From NCBI GenBank assembly GCA_963667725.2, contig CAXXHO010000003.1, positions 2,176,001-2,240,000 of the forward strand: a DNA stretch of 64,000 bases. Reading direction: 5' to 3'. Within the stretch, counting starts at the first letter, position 1, and each line of letters opens with the position of its first letter. Made by a program: the position numbers and the translations under genes. Below are positions 48,794 through 59,000 of the stretch, piece by piece. Source of the DNA: Treponemataceae bacterium (GTDB lineage: Bacteria; Spirochaetota; Spirochaetia; Treponematales; Rectinemataceae). The notes beneath the pieces are model-generated. The model did no database searches and was not told where the DNA came from. It saw only the letters and a program-made list of their open reading frames with translations.

Positions 48794-49695
48794 TTGTAGT
48801 GCACCTTCTTTTCCCCGAACCTGAACTGGATGATGGTGAAAGCGAGGATGACGAGGAAGACGAAAACGGCTACCGCCGAGGCGTAGCCCATCCGGAAATT
48901 CTCAAAAGCTTCCTTATAAATATTGAGCACCAAAACTTCGGTGCTGCTCACCGGGCCGCCTTTCGTCATGACGAGGGGCGAAACCGAAACCTTGAGCGCC
49001 GAGATGATCTGGATGATCGTCACGAAGAAAGTGACAGGCGACAGGAGGGGAAGGGTTATGTTCCAGAACTTCTGCCATGGGCTGGCACCCTCCAGGGTAG
49101 CTGCCTCGTAGAATTCGGGGGAAATGTTCAAAAGGCCGGCAAGGAATATGACGCCGTTGTAGCCGACGCGTTTCCATATACCGACAATGAGGATGGCCGC
49201 CATCGCGCCGCCTTGGGGATCCTTGATCCAGCGCATCCAATGCGGCGCGGTATCGGGAGTTGTGAGACCCAGCGAGTAGATGAGGTAATTAAGGAAGCCT
49301 TGCTCGGGATTTAAGATCCAGCGCCAGATCAACGACGCCACAACCATGGAAATAACCACGGGCAGGAAAAAGGCGACACGAAAGAAGCCCCTGCCGACCG
49401 TCACGTATTTCAGGACCATGCCGACCAGGAGCCCGAGGATGATACAGCTCGGCACCGCCCAGAAAGCGTAGATAAACGTTACTTTCACCGAGTTCCAGAA
49501 GTCCGGATTGGCGAACATCTGCTGGTAATTCCGAAGTCCGATCCATTTTGGCGTCCCGAGCATGTTCCACTTAAGGAAAGAAACGCCCACGCTGAACAGG
49601 AGCGGGATATAGCTGAACGCGAAAATGAGAATGAGTGAAGGCGCGAGGGAAGCCGCGATAAAAACGCCCCTGGCGCGCGATGTAGGTATCGCCAC
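48790..49695 (-). CDS. UgpA-like ABC permease
   Basis: YEAATLEGA, ITLPLLSP, GGPVSST. Confidence 0.88.
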   Translation of the reverse strand: MAIPTSRARGVFIAASLAPSLILIFAFSYIPLLFSVGVSFLKWNMLGTPKWIGLRNYQQMFANPDFWNSVKVTFIYAFWAVPSCIILGLLVGMVLKYVTVGRGFFRVAFFLPVVISMVVASLIWRWILNPEQGFLNYLIYSLGLTTPDTAPHWMRWIKDPQGGAMAAILIVGIWKRVGYNGVIFLAGLLNISPEFYEAATLEGASPWQKFWNITLPLLSPVTFFVTIIQIISALKVSVSPLVMTKGGPVSSTEVLVLNIYKEAFENFRMGYASAVAVFVFLVILAFTIIQFRFGEKKVHYK

Positions 49696-49714
49696 ATGAA
49701 CCTCTTATAGAAGG

Positions 49715-49763
49715 GGGCGCTTCGGGCTCCTGCGCGCATTCAGCGAAGGAGTCCGGAACGCCC
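49715..49763 (-). terminator. Stem-loop after binding-protein gene
   Basis: GGGCGCTTCGGGCTCCT...AGGAGTCCGGAACGCCC. Confidence 0.5.
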
Positions 49764-49781
49764 TATCCTCGTCTCTTTCGA

Positions 49782-51017
49782 TTAGCTGTTTTCCTTGATC
49801 ACGTCGTTGGCCTTCTTGGCCGCCTCTTCGAGCGTCGGCTTAACAGGGGCGCCCTGGAGCATAATTTTATCCCAAGCCTCGTTGTAGATCGTCCTGATCT
49901 GCAGAAAGTTGGGATAGCCGGTCTCGTTCTCGGGCCTGATGTAGCCGAGCTGCAGGTAGGTCGTGTTGTAGCGGGGATCTTTCTTCAGCAGGCCTTCCTT
50001 ATCCAGCACTTCCTTCGAGTCCTTTCGGGCGGTGAAGTAGGCGGTAGCCTCGGCCCAGTTGACCTGATTATCCTTGCTCGTCATGAACTTAATGAAGTCC
50101 CAAGCGCCATCCTTAACGTTCTGCGGGTTGCGCTTAAAGACGTAGAGACTGCCGCCGCCCAAGGGGACGGACTTCTTCACCTGGAAGGGGAATACCGCGG
50201 TCCCCATATCGAAGGTGGCCATGGTCTTCCACTTGGAGATATTGACCGTGGAGTTCATGGCTACCGCGGCCTTGCCGCTCATAAAAGCGGTGTCGCCGCC
50301 CTTGTAGATGGCGAGCTTCTCGTCGATGAGCTTCTTGAAGAAGGTCACGGCGTCGATATGGGCCTTATCGGTCCAGAGCACCTTGGAGTTGTCCTTGGCC
50401 ATCCACTCCGCGCCGAACTGCCAGACCAGGCCTTCGAGGATCCAGCCTGAACCGTAATCGAGGCTGAGCGCGTAGGTGTCCTTGCCGAGGGCGGCGATCT
50501 TCTTGGCCGCGACGTAGAACTCTTCCCAGGTTTCGGGGAATTTGTCGGGATTCAAGCCCGCTTTCTTGAACATGTCCTTATTGAAGAACATGATCGGCGT
50601 CGAGCAGTTGAAGGCGATGCCGTAGGTCTTGCCCTTGTAGACATTGGCCTGAAACAGGGGCTCGATGAACTGGTCGCGCTGGAAGCTCTTGTCCTTCTGG
50701 ATGTAGCCGTCGAGCGGCTCGATAGCGCCCGCGTCAATGATCTGCGGCGCGTAGACATGAGCCTGGTGCAGAAGCACCGGGGTATCGCCCGCCACCACGG
50801 CGGCGATCACTTTCTGTACCGATTCCTCATAGGAGCCGGCGAAGACGCCTTCGATCTGGTACTTGGTCTGCGAGGCGTTGTATTCCTTGATGCGGGTTTC
50901 GATGGTCGTCTTGACGGCGCCGCCCACGGAATACCAGAAGGATACCTTGATCGGGCTCTGGGCGAACGCCATGCCGGCGAGCGCGAGCAAGGCTATGGCG
51001 ATACCGAATCGTTTCAT
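49782..51017 (-). CDS. UgpB-like ABC substrate-binding protein
   Basis: Signal peptide; EYNASQ, GSYEE, FNCSTPIMFFNKD, PLGGGSL. Confidence 0.85.
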   Translation of the reverse strand: MKRFGIAIALLALAGMAFAQSPIKVSFWYSVGGAVKTTIETRIKEYNASQTKYQIEGVFAGSYEESVQKVIAAVVAGDTPVLLHQAHVYAPQIIDAGAIEPLDGYIQKDKSFQRDQFIEPLFQANVYKGKTYGIAFNCSTPIMFFNKDMFKKAGLNPDKFPETWEEFYVAAKKIAALGKDTYALSLDYGSGWILEGLVWQFGAEWMAKDNSKVLWTDKAHIDAVTFFKKLIDEKLAIYKGGDTAFMSGKAAVAMNSTVNISKWKTMATFDMGTAVFPFQVKKSVPLGGGSLYVFKRNPQNVKDGAWDFIKFMTSKDNQVNWAEATAYFTARKDSKEVLDKEGLLKKDPRYNTTYLQLGYIRPENETGYPNFLQIRTIYNEAWDKIMLQGAPVKPTLEEAAKKANDVIKENS

Positions 51018-51053
51018 GAAAAACCTCCCTTACCGAGTGAATTGACTATAGGC

Positions 51054-51150
51054 AGTATATCATCAATCTGAACATTGTCAAACATTAAAAAACAGTTAAA
51101 ATATTGTTTATGTTTGATATATTGACAATTGATGTTTGTGTTTGTATTCT
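51054..51150. promoter_or_regulatory. Back-to-back sigma70 promoters with AACA/TGTT-rich operator region
   Basis: Minus: TTGACA(51081-51076)-N16-TATACT; plus: TTGACA(51122)-N17-TATTCT; inverted repeat TCAAACAT(51078)...ATGTTTGA(51110). Confidence 0.7.
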
Positions 51151-51176
51151 TTCGATCACAAAGGAACACGACGAAC

Positions 51177-52529
51177 ATGATAAAGCATGAAAACGAAGGA
51201 ACGATCATCAACCTCTGCGAGGCGGGCGCGCTGGATTCGCTCGCGGGAATAGTCAACAAAACCTTCGGCCACGCTGCGCCGGGCGAGAATGCGCGCTGCC
51301 TGATCGTCACCGATGAGACCGTCTGGAAGGCCGTATCGAGCCGCTTTTCCGCCTTCCTGCGGGAAAAGCCCGACACCGTCTTCCATATATTGCCAGGATC
51401 CCCGGCGCCCTACGCCTCCGACAATCTCGTAGCCGAGATCGCGGCGACGTTCAAGGCGTTTAAAGGCTTCGTCCCTATCGCCGTCGGCTCGGGCACGATC
51501 AACGACGTCGTCAAGCGCGCTTCCTTCGAATGCGGCACCCGCTACGTCTGCGTACCGACCGCGCCCTCGGTGGACGGGTTCACCTCCTACGGGGCGGCGA
51601 TCACGGTGCGAGGATTCAAGGTGACCCTGGAATGCCCGGCGCCGCTCTGCGTGGTGGCGGACGAGGATATCCTGCGCGAGGCGCCCCTCCCCCTCATCTC
51701 GGCGGGCTTCGCCGACCTTCTGGCCAAGCTTCCCGGCGGCGCCGACTGGATCCTTGCCGACGAACTCGGCGTCGAGCCTATCGACCCCTCGACCTGGGAA
51801 ATCGTGCAGCCAGCAGCTCGGCGCCTGCTCGGATACGGGGCGACGGTCAAGGCGAGGGATCCAGGCGTGATCGCCGGGCTCTACCAGGGACTCATCGCCT
51901 CAGGGCTGGCCATGCAGCGTTATAAAGATTCGCGCCCCGCCTCCGGTGCCGAGCACCTCTTTGCCCATACCTGGGAAATGTCCCATCTCGAAAAGGACGG
52001 GCGGCCGATCTCGCACGGCTTTAAGGTCGCGCTCGGCTCCCTTATCTCGGCCGCCCTCGCCGAGGAACTTTTCGGGGAGCGCGGTTCCCTGCGCCGCATT
52101 CTTGAGCGGCGAAACTTCGCGCCAGAAACGTCCTTAAGTCTAGCGCGCATGAGGAGGGCCGGGGCGCTGCTCGCAGGCTCTCCCTATCTTGACCAAACCC
52201 TCGCCATGATCGCCAGGAAGACACCCGAGCCCTCAGCCGTGGCGACGCACGCGGCGCGAGCCCGCGAGGCGTGGCCAACCCTGGCGCTTCGCTACGCCGA
52301 CCAGATTCCACCCTTCAGGGCGCTCAAGGCAGACCTGCTCGCTGGAGGTTGCCCGACCGAACCCGCCGATATCGGCCTAAGCCGCGCCACCTGCGTCGAT
52401 AGCCTGAAGATTGCTTCGCTGATCCGCAACCGATATACTGTCCTCGATCTCGTCTCCGAGTTGGGGATACTCGATGAAGCGGCCGAGGCTGTTTTCGCCG
52501 AACCCTGGTTCTCGACGTACGCGCCCTGA
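51177..52529 (+). CDS. AraM/EgsA-like sn-glycerol-1-phosphate dehydrogenase family protein
   Basis: VGSGTINDVVK, PTAPSVDGFTS, SRPASGAEHLFAHTWEM, HGFKV. Confidence 0.87.
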   Translation: MIKHENEGTIINLCEAGALDSLAGIVNKTFGHAAPGENARCLIVTDETVWKAVSSRFSAFLREKPDTVFHILPGSPAPYASDNLVAEIAATFKAFKGFVPIAVGSGTINDVVKRASFECGTRYVCVPTAPSVDGFTSYGAAITVRGFKVTLECPAPLCVVADEDILREAPLPLISAGFADLLAKLPGGADWILADELGVEPIDPSTWEIVQPAARRLLGYGATVKARDPGVIAGLYQGLIASGLAMQRYKDSRPASGAEHLFAHTWEMSHLEKDGRPISHGFKVALGSLISAALAEELFGERGSLRRILERRNFAPETSLSLARMRRAGALLAGSPYLDQTLAMIARKTPEPSAVATHAARAREAWPTLALRYADQIPPFRALKADLLAGGCPTEPADIGLSRATCVDSLKIASLIRNRYTVLDLVSELGILDEAAEAVFAEPWFSTYAP

Positions 52530-52540
52530 CGGGAATCGAC

Positions 52541-53362
52541 ATGAAAAAAGAAGGCAGTATGAGCCGAACCGATTACACCCAGATGCCGGCAGCCCGCCAG
52601 GCCGCGATCTACTCTCTGGCACAGCAGAAAGGCGTCGTAAAAGTGGCTGACCTCGCCCAAGAGTTCGGCGTTACGGAGATGACGATCCGCCGCGACCTCG
52701 GCGTCCTCGAGCGAAAAGGTCTTCTGGAACGCGCCCACGGGCACGCGATCTGCAACGCCCACATCGGCCTGGAGCCGCTCTACGTACAGAAAAGCGCCCT
52801 CCACCAAAGCGAGAAGGCGGCCATCGGTAAGCTCGCGGCAAGCCTGATCAACCGTGGCGACACCGTCTTCGTCAACTCTGGCTCGACGACCATCCAGTTC
52901 CTTGAGCATCTCGACATCGACGCCAAGATCGTCACGAACAATCCACTCGCCCCGATCCATATCCGCTCGTCCAAGCTTGAAGTCTATCTCACGGGAGGGG
53001 AACTCAGACAGGAATCCCTGACCCTCGTAGGAGAATCGACCGTACGCTCGATCAGGGAGATTATCGCGAACAAGGCCGTGGTCGGCGTCGATGGCTTCAG
53101 CATCCGCTACGGCCTAACCAACCCGACCCAGGCCGAGTCCTGGGTAAATCGGCTCATGATCAAGCGAACCCACGGCGAGGTGATCCTGGTGGCCGACTCC
53201 TCCAAGCTCGGACGCGTGGCGAATTTCCAGACAGCGTCGATCTCGGCGGTCAACACAATCGTGACGGACAGCGCCATGGACCCGGCCAACGTCACCGAAT
53301 TCAAGCGGTTGGGCATCAAGGTCCTCATTGCCGATGTCGCCCCAAAGCCCCAAGCGGGCTGA
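52541..53362 (+). CDS. DeoR/GlpR family transcriptional regulator
   Basis: FGVTEMTIRRDL, NSGSTT, TGGEL, ADSSK. Confidence 0.92.
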   Translation: MKKEGSMSRTDYTQMPAARQAAIYSLAQQKGVVKVADLAQEFGVTEMTIRRDLGVLERKGLLERAHGHAICNAHIGLEPLYVQKSALHQSEKAAIGKLAASLINRGDTVFVNSGSTTIQFLEHLDIDAKIVTNNPLAPIHIRSSKLEVYLTGGELRQESLTLVGESTVRSIREIIANKAVVGVDGFSIRYGLTNPTQAESWVNRLMIKRTHGEVILVADSSKLGRVANFQTASISAVNTIVTDSAMDPANVTEFKRLGIKVLIADVAPKPQAG

Positions 53363-53366
53363 GCCT

Positions 53367-54932
53367 ATGCCTCATCATAGAGACGAAGTCGTCCTGGCCA
53401 TCGACGCGGGGACAGAGAGCCTGCGCGCGGCGGTGATCGATGCCTCGGGCACCGTCAGGGGCATCGGACGGGCGCCGATCCGCACTTCCTATCCGGCCCC
53501 TGGGCGGGCCGAGCAGGATCCCGCTGAATGGGAGATCGCCCTCGGCGTGGCCGCGTGGGCGGCGATCGAATCGTCAGGCTTCCGGGCCGGTGATATCAGC
53601 GGCGTCTGCGCCGACGGCACGACCAGTACAGTCGTCTGCCTCGATAGAGCGGGAAAGCCCCTACGCAAGGCTATCCTTTGGTCCGATATCCGCGCCACCG
53701 AAGAAGCCGCGCTGATCGGCGCCACCAAGGACCCCGTCCTCGTCCGAGCAGGGGGAGGTAATCCCTCGGCAGAGTGGTTCCCCTGCAAGGCGCTCTGGAT
53801 AAAGCGGCGCGAGCCCGAGACCTGGGACCGTGCCGCGACCGTATTCTGCTTTACCGACTGGCTCGCCTGGAAACTGAGCGGCCAGCTTACCCTTAACCTG
53901 AACACCGCCACAATGCGAGGCTTCTACGATTCCCGGAATGGGGGCGCGCCGAGGGGCCTGTACGAGGCGGCCGGCATCGGCGGCCTCGCGGAAAGGATCC
54001 CCTTCAGGGTTGTCAGGCCGGGCGAAGCCATCGGCGGAATCTCCGCGGAAGCCTCGGCGCTCATAGGCCTACCCCAAGGGATTCCCGTGGCGGCTGGCGG
54101 CGGCGACGCATTCGTCGGCGTCATCGGGTTGAACGCCCTCGAGCCCGGCCAAGTGGCGATGATTACCGGCTCCTCACACGTGATCACCGCTCACGTCCGC
54201 GCGCCAACCCAGGCGCGGGGCCTCTTCGGTAGCTTTCCGGACGCCCTCTACACCGGCAGCGACCTCCTCGAGGGCGGGCTTGCCTCATCGGGATCAGTGC
54301 TGCGCTGGTTTACCGAGGGCTTCGTCGGCGAAAAGGTGACCTCGGCGGCGGCAGCCTCGGGCAAGAAAACCCTAGCCTACCTCGACGAGCTCGCCGAGCG
54401 GATACCGCCGGGCTCCGAAGGCCTCCTCGTCCAGGAGCATTGGCAGGGCTCGCGCTGCCCCTGGGTGGACTCGGCCTCCCGAGGCGCCATCCGCGGGCTC
54501 ACTCTCCTTCACCGGCCCGAGCATCTCTATAGGGCCATCATGGAGGGCGTCGCCTTTGGCGCGACCCTTATCCTCGACAGGATGGAGGCGGCCGGCGTGC
54601 CCGTGGAGGAACTCCGCGTCTGTGGCGGCCCTTCGAGGAGCGCGCTCTGGATGCAAATCCACGCCGACGTCACGGGCAAACCCATCGCGCTGCCCCGAGA
54701 ACCTGAATCCGTGCTCTTAGGCTCGGCCATGTTGGCGGCCCTGGGCGCGGGACTCTACTCCAGCCTCCACGAGGCCGCCGCGGCCATGTCCGCCACGGCA
54801 AGCCACATACTTCCCGATAGCGGGAAGCACGCCATCTACAGAAAGCTCCTCAAGCGCTATGTCGCCACCTACGAAGCCTTAGGTCCCGTGGCGCGCGCCG
54901 AGGCCGCCGAGGCATTGGAAGATACCCTATGA
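53367..54932 (+). CDS. FGGY family carbohydrate kinase (ribulokinase-like)
   Basis: DAGTESLRA, WSDIRA, SAEW, GDAFVG, WQGSRCP, RAIMEGVAFG. Confidence 0.85.
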   Translation: MPHHRDEVVLAIDAGTESLRAAVIDASGTVRGIGRAPIRTSYPAPGRAEQDPAEWEIALGVAAWAAIESSGFRAGDISGVCADGTTSTVVCLDRAGKPLRKAILWSDIRATEEAALIGATKDPVLVRAGGGNPSAEWFPCKALWIKRREPETWDRAATVFCFTDWLAWKLSGQLTLNLNTATMRGFYDSRNGGAPRGLYEAAGIGGLAERIPFRVVRPGEAIGGISAEASALIGLPQGIPVAAGGGDAFVGVIGLNALEPGQVAMITGSSHVITAHVRAPTQARGLFGSFPDALYTGSDLLEGGLASSGSVLRWFTEGFVGEKVTSAAAASGKKTLAYLDELAERIPPGSEGLLVQEHWQGSRCPWVDSASRGAIRGLTLLHRPEHLYRAIMEGVAFGATLILDRMEAAGVPVEELRVCGGPSRSALWMQIHADVTGKPIALPREPESVLLGSAMLAALGAGLYSSLHEAAAAMSATASHILPDSGKHAIYRKLLKRYVATYEALGPVARAEAAEALEDTL

Positions 54933-55744
54933 ATCATGTTCCGCTCGCTCCCCTGCAACCGCTCCACAAAATGACGGCCGCCCAGGCGCGCGCCGTACTC
55001 TACGTCCTCATGGACATCGACGACACGCTCACCACCGAAGGGAAACTGCCGGCCGAAAGTTATGCCGCCCTCTGGAAACTCAAGGAGACTAGCCTCAAGG
55101 TTATCCCGATCACGGGCCGGCCGGCCGGCTGGTGCGACCTCATCGCGAGGGAATGGCCGGTGGACGGCGCCGTGGGCGAAAACGGGGCTTTCGTGTTCTG
55201 GGAGGAGCCGGAGGGGCGGCACCTCCGCGCCATCACCCACCCCAGCGCCGTGAAGAACGACGCGCCAGCCCTCTCCCGGGTGATGGCGCGCGCGATGGCC
55301 GAAGTCCCGGGATGCCGGCCGGCCCGCGACCAGTTCGCCCGGCTCTATGACATAGCCATCGATTTCGCCGAGGAGGAGCCCGTGCTTCCCCTCTCCGACG
55401 CGCTGAAAATAAAGACAATATGCGACGAGGAAGGCGCGAAAGCCAAGGTCAGCTCCATCCATGTCAACGCCTGGATGGGTGATTACGACAAGCTTACGAT
55501 GGCGACGCGCTACCTGACCGCGCGCTTCGGCTATGACGACGCGCGCGATCGAGCGAGTGTCGTCTTCGTCGGCGATTCGCCCAACGACGAGCCCATGTTC
55601 GCCCATTTTCCCATGGCCTGCGGCGTGGCTAACGTTAGCCGATATAAGGAACTGATGCGCGAGCTGCCCGCTTTCGTCGCGACGAAGGAATGCGGAGCGG
55701 GCTTCGCCGAGATCGCGGCGAAGCTGCTGGATCGACGCATATAA
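54929..55744 (+). CDS. HAD-IIB family hydrolase (copy 1)
   Basis: DIDDTLT, TGRPAGWCD, GDSPNDEPMF; ATGA-coupled to the kinase. Confidence 0.88.
   Translation: MNHVPLAPLQPLHKMTAAQARAVLYVLMDIDDTLTTEGKLPAESYAALWKLKETSLKVIPITGRPAGWCDLIAREWPVDGAVGENGAFVFWEEPEGRHLRAITHPSAVKNDAPALSRVMARAMAEVPGCRPARDQFARLYDIAIDFAEEEPVLPLSDALKIKTICDEEGAKAKVSSIHVNAWMGDYDKLTMATRYLTARFGYDDARDRASVVFVGDSPNDEPMFAHFPMACGVANVSRYKELMRELPAFVATKECGAGFAEIAAKLLDRRI
54971..55710 (+). repeat. Direct repeat copy 1 (pairs with 60492..61231)
   Basis: Constant offset 5521 bp; core 55112-55710 differs at only about a dozen positions by eye. Confidence 0.92.
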
Positions 55745-55843
55745 AAGCCGCATGGCACTATACCTGAAATACGACTCCACTATTCAGCCATAACAATACC
55801 ATGCGCCGATTGTTTCCCTACTATGGGGATCAGGAGGCTTGCG

Positions 55844-56030
55844 ATGAAGAAAAGAATCCCGCATTTATGGTTTGATACCGAAACCCTCGAGGCGGCGAAC
55901 TCATGTCGCTGGGCGAATACCCATTCAGCGAAAAGCATGGGCTGCTGAAGAGCAAGTTTGGGCTTTCCTGGCAGAACGCGCCTAAAATCCTTGGCGAACT
56001 GACGGGAGGCAAAGACCACGTTGGAAAGGG
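55844..56030 (+). pseudogene. Internally deleted VOC/PhnB-like gene remnant
   Basis: AGGAGG + MKKRIPHLWFDTETLEAAN, then in another frame LGEYPFSEKHGLLKSKFGLSWQ. Confidence 0.65.
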
Positions 56031-56082
56031 CATATCGATAAAAAGAGGGGCTGTCCACCATAGTGTAGACAGCCCCCGCGGC

Positions 56083-59000
56083 TTACATCAGTTCCAGCAG
56101 GTATTTGAGCGAATTGACGGCGATAGTGTAATAGGGCTCCCTCTTGGAAGAAGACACATAATAATCCAGAATAACGGTCGCCGCGAGAACCTTGCCCGAA
56201 CCATAGGAGTATTCGACCAAGGATGGCAGGCGATTGCTGCTCTGCACTATCAGCGTTGTCAGGCTGCTGATAGTGCCCGCGGATACGAGGCTGTCAAGAT
56301 TGCTGAAGCCGCCCGCGCTTGCCTGCGAACCGTAAAAATGAGTGGATGTTATGCCCGCCGTGATCGGGTGCGTACTGTTCACGATATCATCGTAGTTTTC
56401 AAAAGCGGAATAACTCTTCAGCACTCCGCCCGGTAACTCTGAATCATATCTCCCCCAAGGCATGCCACAGTCCGAATAAACCCAGAACATGACGCCGCCG
56501 GCATTCACGAAGCTGTCGAATGTCGCCTTGTTCGTCCTGTAGGCATCATAGAAGGCGGTTGGCTGGGACGCGGCGATGATGAGGATATCGCCTACCGTCG
56601 GCGTATAGGCCGGGATGTCCGCGCTGGTCTTGTATTCATACTTGGCGATACCGGTTCCTTCGGTCATACCTATTTCATTTGCAAGCAGATCTCCATAGGT
56701 GGATGGCTGGTTCCACTCGCTTCCATCGTCCCTGAAAATCACCACGTGCTTGGTGACGACATATTTTGTCCATTGAGCGTAGAGCGTCAGGTTACCTTGA
56801 ATTGTTAGCGTATCCCCTGGCGCGTAGTCAGTTCCCGAGCCCGCCGCGTTTGTGTTCCAGCCGTCGAAGTAGTATCCGCCCGACTTGTAAAGGCTGCCTG
56901 TGTTTCCCAGTACGGTTGCGCTAGCCTCGGCAAGGTAGCGGTTCGCGTCGGTCGGTACTGTTCCAGCTCCGCTTCCATTGCCCGAATACGTAACCGTATA
57001 GGTGGACAACGCGACCCAATACGCATAGAGCGTCTGGTTGGCGGTGATGGCCACCGTGCTCGATGCCGTGATCTGCGTTCCGCCGCCTCCGGTTCCCGTA
57101 TACCAGCCTGAGAAGGTATAACCGGTTCTCGTCGTGGTCGCGAGCGTTCCATAGGTTGAAGCGTAGGTCACCGATTTGGACGCCGGGCTCGCCGCCGAGC
57201 CAGTCTGCGCGTTGAAAGTCACCGTGTAGGTATTCGCGGTCCACTTCGCGTAAAGAGTCGTCGCCGTTGTGACCGTATCGCTCGCGAAGGTCCAGGCATT
57301 CGTCAAGCCCGATTCTTTGTACCAACCCGCAAAGGTATAGCCGGTTTTAGTCGGCGCTACTGGGGCCGAGATCGTGGCGCCATAGCGCACCCCGGTGGTT
57401 GAGGAAACCGCAGTGCCGCCATCGCTGGAGAAGCTCACCGTGTACGTGGAGCGGCTATAGTACAGCTTGAGCACGAGGCTCCCATCCGCCGCGATGGTCC
57501 CGCTCGCCACGCGGCTCGCGTGGCCAGTATTCTCGGCAAAACCCGTGTAGGACTTGGCCACCGCGGTCGCCATCGTGTCGGTGGTTCCAGAAAGGGATTC
57601 CGTTTCAAAGAGCGTGTAGCCGCTGCCGCTAACATCCTGCTTGTAATGCTGCACGCTGTAAGCGGTACCGGTATTCGCGGTCCACTTCGCGTAAAGCGTC
57701 TGATCGGTGGTGATGGCCACCGCGCTCGACGATGTGATATTCGTCCCTGTCCCGCCGACGCCTGTGTACCAGCCTGAGAAGGTATAGCCGATTCTCGTGG
57801 TGGTCGCGAGCGCCCCGTAGGTGGATGCGTAGGTCACCGATTTAGAAGCAGGACTCGCCGCCGTGCCAGTCTGCGCGTTGAAAGTCACTGTGTAGGTATT
57901 CGCGGTCCACTTCGCGTAAAGGGTCGTCGCCGTCGTGACCGTATCGCTCGCAAAGGTCCAGACATTCGTCAAGCCCGATTCTTTGTACCAACCCGCGAAG
58001 GTATAGCCGGTTTTAGTCGGCGCTACCGGGGCCGAGATCGTGGCGCCATAGCGCACTCCGGTGGTTGAGGAAACCGCAGTGCCGCCATCGCTGGAGAAGC
58101 TCACCGTGTACGTGGAGCGGCTATAGTACAGCTTGAGCGCGAGGCTCCCATCCGCCGCGATGGTCCCGCTCGCCACGCGGCTCGCGTGGCCCGTGTTCTC
58201 GGCAAAACCAGTGTAAGACTTGGCCACCGCGGTCGCCGTCGAGCCGGTGGTTCCGGAAAGGGATTCCGTTTCAAAGAGCGTGTAGCCGCTGCCGCTCACA
58301 TCCTGCTTGTAATGCTGCACGCTGTAAGCGGTACCGGTATTCGCGGTCCACTTCGCGTAAAGGGTCGTCGTTGCCGTTACCGTATCGCTCGCGAAGGTCC
58401 AGACGTTCGTCAAGCCCGATTCTTTGTACCAACCCGCAAAGGTATAGCCGGTTTTAGTCGGCGCTACTGGGGCCGAGATCGTGGCGCCATAGCGCACTCC
58501 GGTGGTTGAGGAAACCGCAGTGCCGCCATCGCTGGAGAAGCTCACCGTGTACGTGGAGCGGCTATAGTACAGCTTGAGCACGAGGCTCCCATCCGCCGCG
58601 ATGGTCCCGCTCGCCACGCGGCTCGCATGGCCAGTATTCTCGGTAAAACCAGTGTAGGACTTGGCCACCGCGGTCGCCGTCGAGCCGGTGGTTCCAGAAA
58701 GGGATTCCGTTTCAAAGAGCGTGTAGCCGCTGCCGCTCACATCCTGCTTGTAATGCTGCAGGCTGTAGGCGGTATTGCCATTCGCGGTCCATTTCGCGTA
58801 CAGGGTCAGGCTCTCTCCGGGCATCTGGAAGCTTGCGGCGGGAGCGTAATCGGTTCCGCCTCCGTCGGCGCGCGTATTCCATCCTACGAAACTGTAGCCT
58901 GTTTTCCGCAAATCTCCCTGAGCGGTGACGGTCACTTCGGCATTCGCCAGATAGCGATTCGAATCGGTCGGAACGGTACCTTGCGAGGAGCCATTCCCGT

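Noticed and set aside
39167..51017. Missing ATPase genes in the two CUT1 sugar ABC systems
   Set aside because: Sharing an MsmK-type ATPase encoded elsewhere is common
51177..52529. G1PDH as evidence of archaeal-type lipid synthesis
   Set aside because: No GGGP/DGGGP synthase genes in the window; the context is catabolic
55627..55640. Palindrome GGCTAACGTTAGCC as a second attC (also in HAD copy 2)
   Set aside because: Inside a coding sequence and lacks L boxes and spacers
55903..56436. 177-aa ORF as an intact gene
   Set aside because: Only the first ~40 codons are VOC-like; the rest is largely antisense to the lipoprotein 3' end
57003..58775. Repeats as a CRISPR array or DGR TR/VR pair
   Set aside because: Units are 225-441 bp, in frame and protein-coding; no spacers, cas genes or RT
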